Part shown: piece after piece, positions 36,688-40,191 of the stretch
How the letters are laid out: every line of letters begins with the position of its first letter
Position numbering within the stretch: the first letter of the stretch is position 1
Source: Bacteroidota bacterium
GTDB lineage: Bacteria; Bacteroidota; Bacteroidia; Chitinophagales; Saprospiraceae
Assembly: GCA_003648285.1 (NCBI GenBank)
Contig: QMOR01000001.1
Span: 1-40,191 of the forward strand
Length of the DNA stretch: 40,191 nt
Reading direction: 5' to 3'
Notes under the pieces: generated by a model
Databases searched by the model: none
Told to the model about the DNA's origin: nothing
What the model saw: the letters and a program-made list of their open reading frames with translations, nothing else
Made by a program: the position numbers and the translations under genes

Positions 36688-37372
36688 CAAGCAGTTTAGA
36701 AACAAGTTCAGGCACGCCTGTCCCCGCGTTTTCAGGAATAATGGTCAGACCTGGTCTGTTTGTGAGTTCATGATTGACAGAAGGCTGGGGGTCTATGTAG
36801 TAGACATCACAGTCTTGTTGTGCATATCCGATGAGTCCGGCAGCCGGATACACTTGCATTGATGTACCGATGATAATGGCGATATCTGCATCGTATACGA
36901 GGACTGCCGCTCGCTCCAAAGCCGGAACAGCCTCCCCAAACCACACGATATCTGGCCGAAGCTGTGCTCCCCGGTCACACAGGTCACCAGGATTTAGATC
37001 CCCTGGCCAGTGATATGTCAACTCCGGGTACTCTGTACTTCTCGCTTTGAGCAATTCGCCATGCAGATGCAGGATATTTGCACTGCCGGCACGTTCATGC
37101 AGGTCATCCACATTTTGAGTCACAATGTGCACCTCAAATTTTGCCTCCAAAAGCTTCAGGGCCACATGACCAGGATTGGGACGCACATCAAGTAGCTGTC
37201 TCCTTCGCTGATTATAAAAATCAAGAACCAGCTCTCGATTGGCATCCCATCCCTCTGGCGAAGCGACTTCCATCACATCGTGTCCTTCCCACAAGCCACC
37301 TGCTCCTCTGAATGTGTTGATCCCACTTTCGGCACTCATGCCCGCACCTGTCAATACGACGATCTTTCTCAT
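36659..37372 (-). CDS. cobB: NAD-dependent protein deacylase (Sir2 family, short form without Cys4 zinc motif)
   Basis: VLTGAGMSAESGINTFRG, QNVDDLHERAG, catalytic His in LHLHGEL, and IVWFGE. Its ATG overlaps the nnr stop (ATGA at 37369-37372). Confidence 0.9.
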   Translation of the reverse strand: MRKIVVLTGAGMSAESGINTFRGAGGLWEGHDVMEVASPEGWDANRELVLDFYNQRRRQLLDVRPNPGHVALKLLEAKFEVHIVTQNVDDLHERAGSANILHLHGELLKARSTEYPELTYHWPGDLNPGDLCDRGAQLRPDIVWFGEAVPALERAAVLVYDADIAIIIGTSMQVYPAAGLIGYAQQDCDVYYIDPQPSVNHELTNRPGLTIIPENAGTGVPELVSKLLDDAYTRGNS

Positions 37373-38865
37373 TCTCCTTGAATATTTTTGATGGCCTCAC
37401 CGATATAGTCGATGATATCGCTGGCCAATAGGGCAGAACTCCCTGTTTTCACAACAGCCAGGTCACCTGCCAATCCGTGTAGATATACGCCAGCCAAAGC
37501 TGCGTGCTCAGCTTGCAGTCCTTGTGCAAGAAGTCCTGTGATGATGCCAGCCAGCACATCGCCACTGCCGGCAGTCGCCATACCCGGATTTCCGGTAGGA
37601 TTGAATACAATTCTACCGTCTTCGGTTCCAATCGCTGTATGGGCTCCTTTTAATATAATAGTGACTTTAAGTTTTTTTGCAGCCTCTTTCAGTTTTTCAA
37701 GTCTCTCAAAATGATTCTGTGATGCACCAAATAATCGTGAGAACTCCTTGAAATGCGGTGTGAGAATGGAATGTGGAGGTAGTTTGTCCATAAGCTCAGG
37801 ATATCGCGCCATTGCATTCAAGCCGTCTGCATCGATCACAAGGGGGGCTGATGCAGCTGAGAATATCGAAGAAATCCCTTTGGCTATGCCTTCATACTGT
37901 CCAAGCCCACAACCTAATCCGATAGCTGTATATGATTCCAGAGACTGCACGCGCGAAAAATTGAAGTCATGCTGATCAGAAGAGACCATTGCCTCAGGAA
38001 CGGCAATCTGAAGGATTGAGTCGGCCATGCGTGGCACATGGACAGTCAGCAATCCAATGCCACTGCGCAGGGCAGCTCTCGCGGACAATATCGCTGCACC
38101 CATTTTACCATAACTCCCCATGACCAACAAGGCATGCCCGAATTTGCCCTTGTGATCGAATTTCTTTCTCTCTGGCAACAGAGCGGCTATTTCACGAGAT
38201 TCCATGAGCTTCAAATCTGCTGACATCCTTTGCAGTGCATCACGATCCAGTCCGATATCCAGAACGACCCACTCGCCAATCAAGTCCTGATTTTCCGGAG
38301 CGAAGAAGGCCAGTTTTGGTGTTTGAAACGTCAACGTGAAATCCGCATGTACGGCTGTACCTGTCGTAGCTTGTCCTGCAAACACGCCTGACGGCATATC
38401 AATAGCGACAACGATGTTGAATAACGAAGAGAGCACATCAGCCAGATGCGCCCAGTGATCAGTCAAAGGGCGATTTAAGCCATAACCAAACAAGGCATCT
38501 ATCACAATATCACCGCGCTTAGTAGCTGAAGCCTCAAAGCCTTCAAGAGGAACAGGTACGATTCCAGCTTCATCCAGTCGATGATAATTGGTGATGTAAT
38601 CGGTCGTCGCTTGATCAAGATTGTCAGCATAGACTGTGACTGATCGACCTGTCTTCGCCAACATCCGGCTGATGGCGAGTCCGTCACCACCATTATTTCC
38701 CGGACCACAGACCACGATATACGCATTTGCTGTATCGAAATGATCAAGAATCCAGTCCACACAAGCCATTGCGGCTCTTTCCATCAAATTAATTGAGGAG
38801 ATCGGCTCATTTTCGATCGTATACTGATCGAGTTTTTGCAATTGTTCTACAGAAAGAATTTTCAC
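37369..38865 (-). CDS. nnr: Bifunctional NAD(P)H-hydrate repair enzyme (N-terminal epimerase, C-terminal ADP-dependent dehydratase)
   Basis: YjeF_N motif VVCGPGNNGGDGL and a carbohydrate-kinase-fold C-terminus with TAGSGDVLAG. GTG start. Length is 498 aa. Confidence 0.9.
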   Translation of the reverse strand: MKILSVEQLQKLDQYTIENEPISSINLMERAAMACVDWILDHFDTANAYIVVCGPGNNGGDGLAISRMLAKTGRSVTVYADNLDQATTDYITNYHRLDEAGIVPVPLEGFEASATKRGDIVIDALFGYGLNRPLTDHWAHLADVLSSLFNIVVAIDMPSGVFAGQATTGTAVHADFTLTFQTPKLAFFAPENQDLIGEWVVLDIGLDRDALQRMSADLKLMESREIAALLPERKKFDHKGKFGHALLVMGSYGKMGAAILSARAALRSGIGLLTVHVPRMADSILQIAVPEAMVSSDQHDFNFSRVQSLESYTAIGLGCGLGQYEGIAKGISSIFSAASAPLVIDADGLNAMARYPELMDKLPPHSILTPHFKEFSRLFGASQNHFERLEKLKEAAKKLKVTIILKGAHTAIGTEDGRIVFNPTGNPGMATAGSGDVLAGIITGLLAQGLQAEHAALAGVYLHGLAGDLAVVKTGSSALLASDIIDYIGEAIKNIQGE

Positions 38866-39276
38866 ACCTGAAGATTATAAAAATTTGTTACATAAAAGTC
38901 GTTGACTATCTGCGGTTAATGTTGTAGATTATACAATTCATGCCTAAGGCAAAATATTGCTTTGACAACCATTGTACTAAAATAGTGAATAAGAGTATTT
39001 GTTGATTCAATTTATTTTTATGTAATTTGATTTTTATAAGTCCTTAGAGAGTAGAAATTTTTTAATCCCAGTTGAACATTTCTTACGACCCAGGGCTGTC
39101 CTTGCCCCGGTATTGCATTATTCAACTGATAGGAACAACGCTATGAAGTTTCGTAAAAACCCGTATGGTTTTTGCATACAAGTAAGTTGGATACATCATG
39201 AAATGCGATGTTTAGCATAATTAATTAATAGACAGTGATTTATACATAACCGTCTTGATTCATTTAAGCAGGGTTT

Positions 39277-40191
39277 ATGCAAAAAATATTACTAAAGTGC
39301 GGGGTTCTGGTTTTGTTCTTGCTTTTTTTTACAAAAAGTGACGCGCAGGATTTGCACTTTTCACAATTCCAGAATTCACCGCTCAATCACAATCCCGGAT
39401 TGACAGGCATCTTCAATGGCGACAAAAGATTTATTGCCAATTATCGACGGCAATGGTTTGATGTGCCTGTTGATTATATGACCTTTTCAGGTAGTTATGA
39501 TATGAAGTTCCGTCGCGATGGCGCAAAGAGCTTTTGGAGCGCCGGAGCGTTGTTTAATTATGATCAGGCAGGAGATGCGCGTCTTGCTACTGCATTTCTG
39601 GGCCTGAATGGCTCATACACGTTCGGATTTACACCCGGTGTGTTACTCACAGCCGGTGTACAACTTGGTGGAGGGCAAAAATCATTGCGCACCGGGGACC
39701 TGACATGGGGAAATCAATGGAATGGAAGCAACTTTGATCCTACTCGTGATCCACGGGAGCCGAATCTTGTTGATAGCAAGTTCTATTTTGACTTGGGGGG
39801 AGGACTCAACCTGAGGCTTCAAAGTTCCAATAGAACACATGTTGACATCGGAGTTGGTGCTTTTCACCTAAACAAGCCAAATAGTACATTTTACAACGAT
39901 GCTTCAGTCGAATTGCCGATTAGAGCTGCAATACATGCGATTGGAAGCGTTCAGCTATTGTCATTTCTTGATTTGAAGGTCAATGGGCTGTACCAGACTT
40001 CCGGACCATTTGAGGAAATCGTGGTGAGTGCGCTACTCAATTTTCATATTAGTCAGAAACGTGCGCGTGAAGTACAGTTTGCCGTAGGAGCAGCCGTGCG
40101 GATTGACGACTCCATCATACCAATGGTAGAATTTCTGTACGACGGTTGGCGGGTAGCTTTTAGTTACGACATCAACACATCGATTTTCGAA
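39277..40191 (+). CDS. PorP/SprF family type IX secretion system membrane protein (3' end truncated by the window edge)
   Basis: Absent from the ORF track because there is no stop before the window ends. My translation from the ATG at 39277 is open for all 305 codons. It begins MQKILLKCGVLVLFLLFFTKSDAQDLHFSQFQNSPLNHNPGLTGIFNGD..RRQW, the hallmark PorP/SprF N-terminus. Confidence 0.85.
   Translation, partial: MQKILLKCGVLVLFLLFFTKSDAQDLHFSQFQNSPLNHNPGLTGIFNGDKRFIANYRRQWFDVPVDYMTFSGSYDMKFRRDGAKSFWSAGALFNYDQAGDARLATAFLGLNGSYTFGFTPGVLLTAGVQLGGGQKSLRTGDLTWGNQWNGSNFDPTRDPREPNLVDSKFYFDLGGGLNLRLQSSNRTHVDIGVGAFHLNKPNSTFYNDASVELPIRAAIHAIGSVQLLSFLDLKVNGLYQTSGPFEEIVVSALLNFHISQKRAREVQFAVGAAVRIDDSIIPMVEFLYDGWRVAFSYDINTSIFE

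Noticed and set aside
36659-37372. The Sir2-domain gene as part of an anti-phage system (Thoeris ThsA, DSR or SIR2-HerA type)
   Set aside because: It is a compact 237-aa canonical deacylase with GAGxSxxSG, QNxD and the catalytic His, and it has no SLOG, helicase or TIR partner. Its neighbours are nnr and a HEAT protein. No mobile-element or defence context is present.
38866-39276. tRNA or other classical RNA gene in the large intergenic region
   Set aside because: By eye I saw no cloverleaf-compatible arms and no GTTCGAATC-like T-loop. I report only a short nested stem as a low-interest finding.

Overview
Gene-dense, roughly 90% coding chromosomal segment of a Bacteroidota genome. The phylum call rests on two T9SS C-terminal sorting domains, a PorP/SprF gene, a PorT-like barrel after ubiE, DUF5683 beside parAB, TAnnTTTG -7 promoter boxes and no Shine-Dalgarno sequences. 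I support about 38 protein genes, mostly housekeeping: fmt, parA/parB, lipB, mpl, pdhB, ychF, acpH, ubiE, gyrA, nnr, a sirtuin, mnmD, a DAACS symporter, a nitrilase, a TlpA-like oxidoreductase and a COG4663-type TRAP transporter. Two are missing from the ORF track: a 45-aa lipoprotein (17624-17761) and a PorP/SprF gene that runs off the 3' edge (39277-40191). Two strong intrinsic terminators and six candidate -7 promoter boxes are visible. I found no rRNA, tRNA, CRISPR array, transposase, integrase or phage gene, and no convincing defence island or mobile element. The candidates worth follow-up are modest. They are an ECF sigma factor translationally coupled to a protein with both an inner-membrane anchor and an outer-membrane-type barrel, followed by an orphan lipoprotein. 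Next is an overlapping nnr-sirtuin-HEAT operon. The others are an orphan 177-aa protein abutting a TlpA-like lipoprotein, an orphan tandem ABC ATPase divergent from the nitrilase, and a split TRAP locus carrying a 17-bp perfect inverted repeat. All product calls come from motifs read by eye in the translations; no database search was run.
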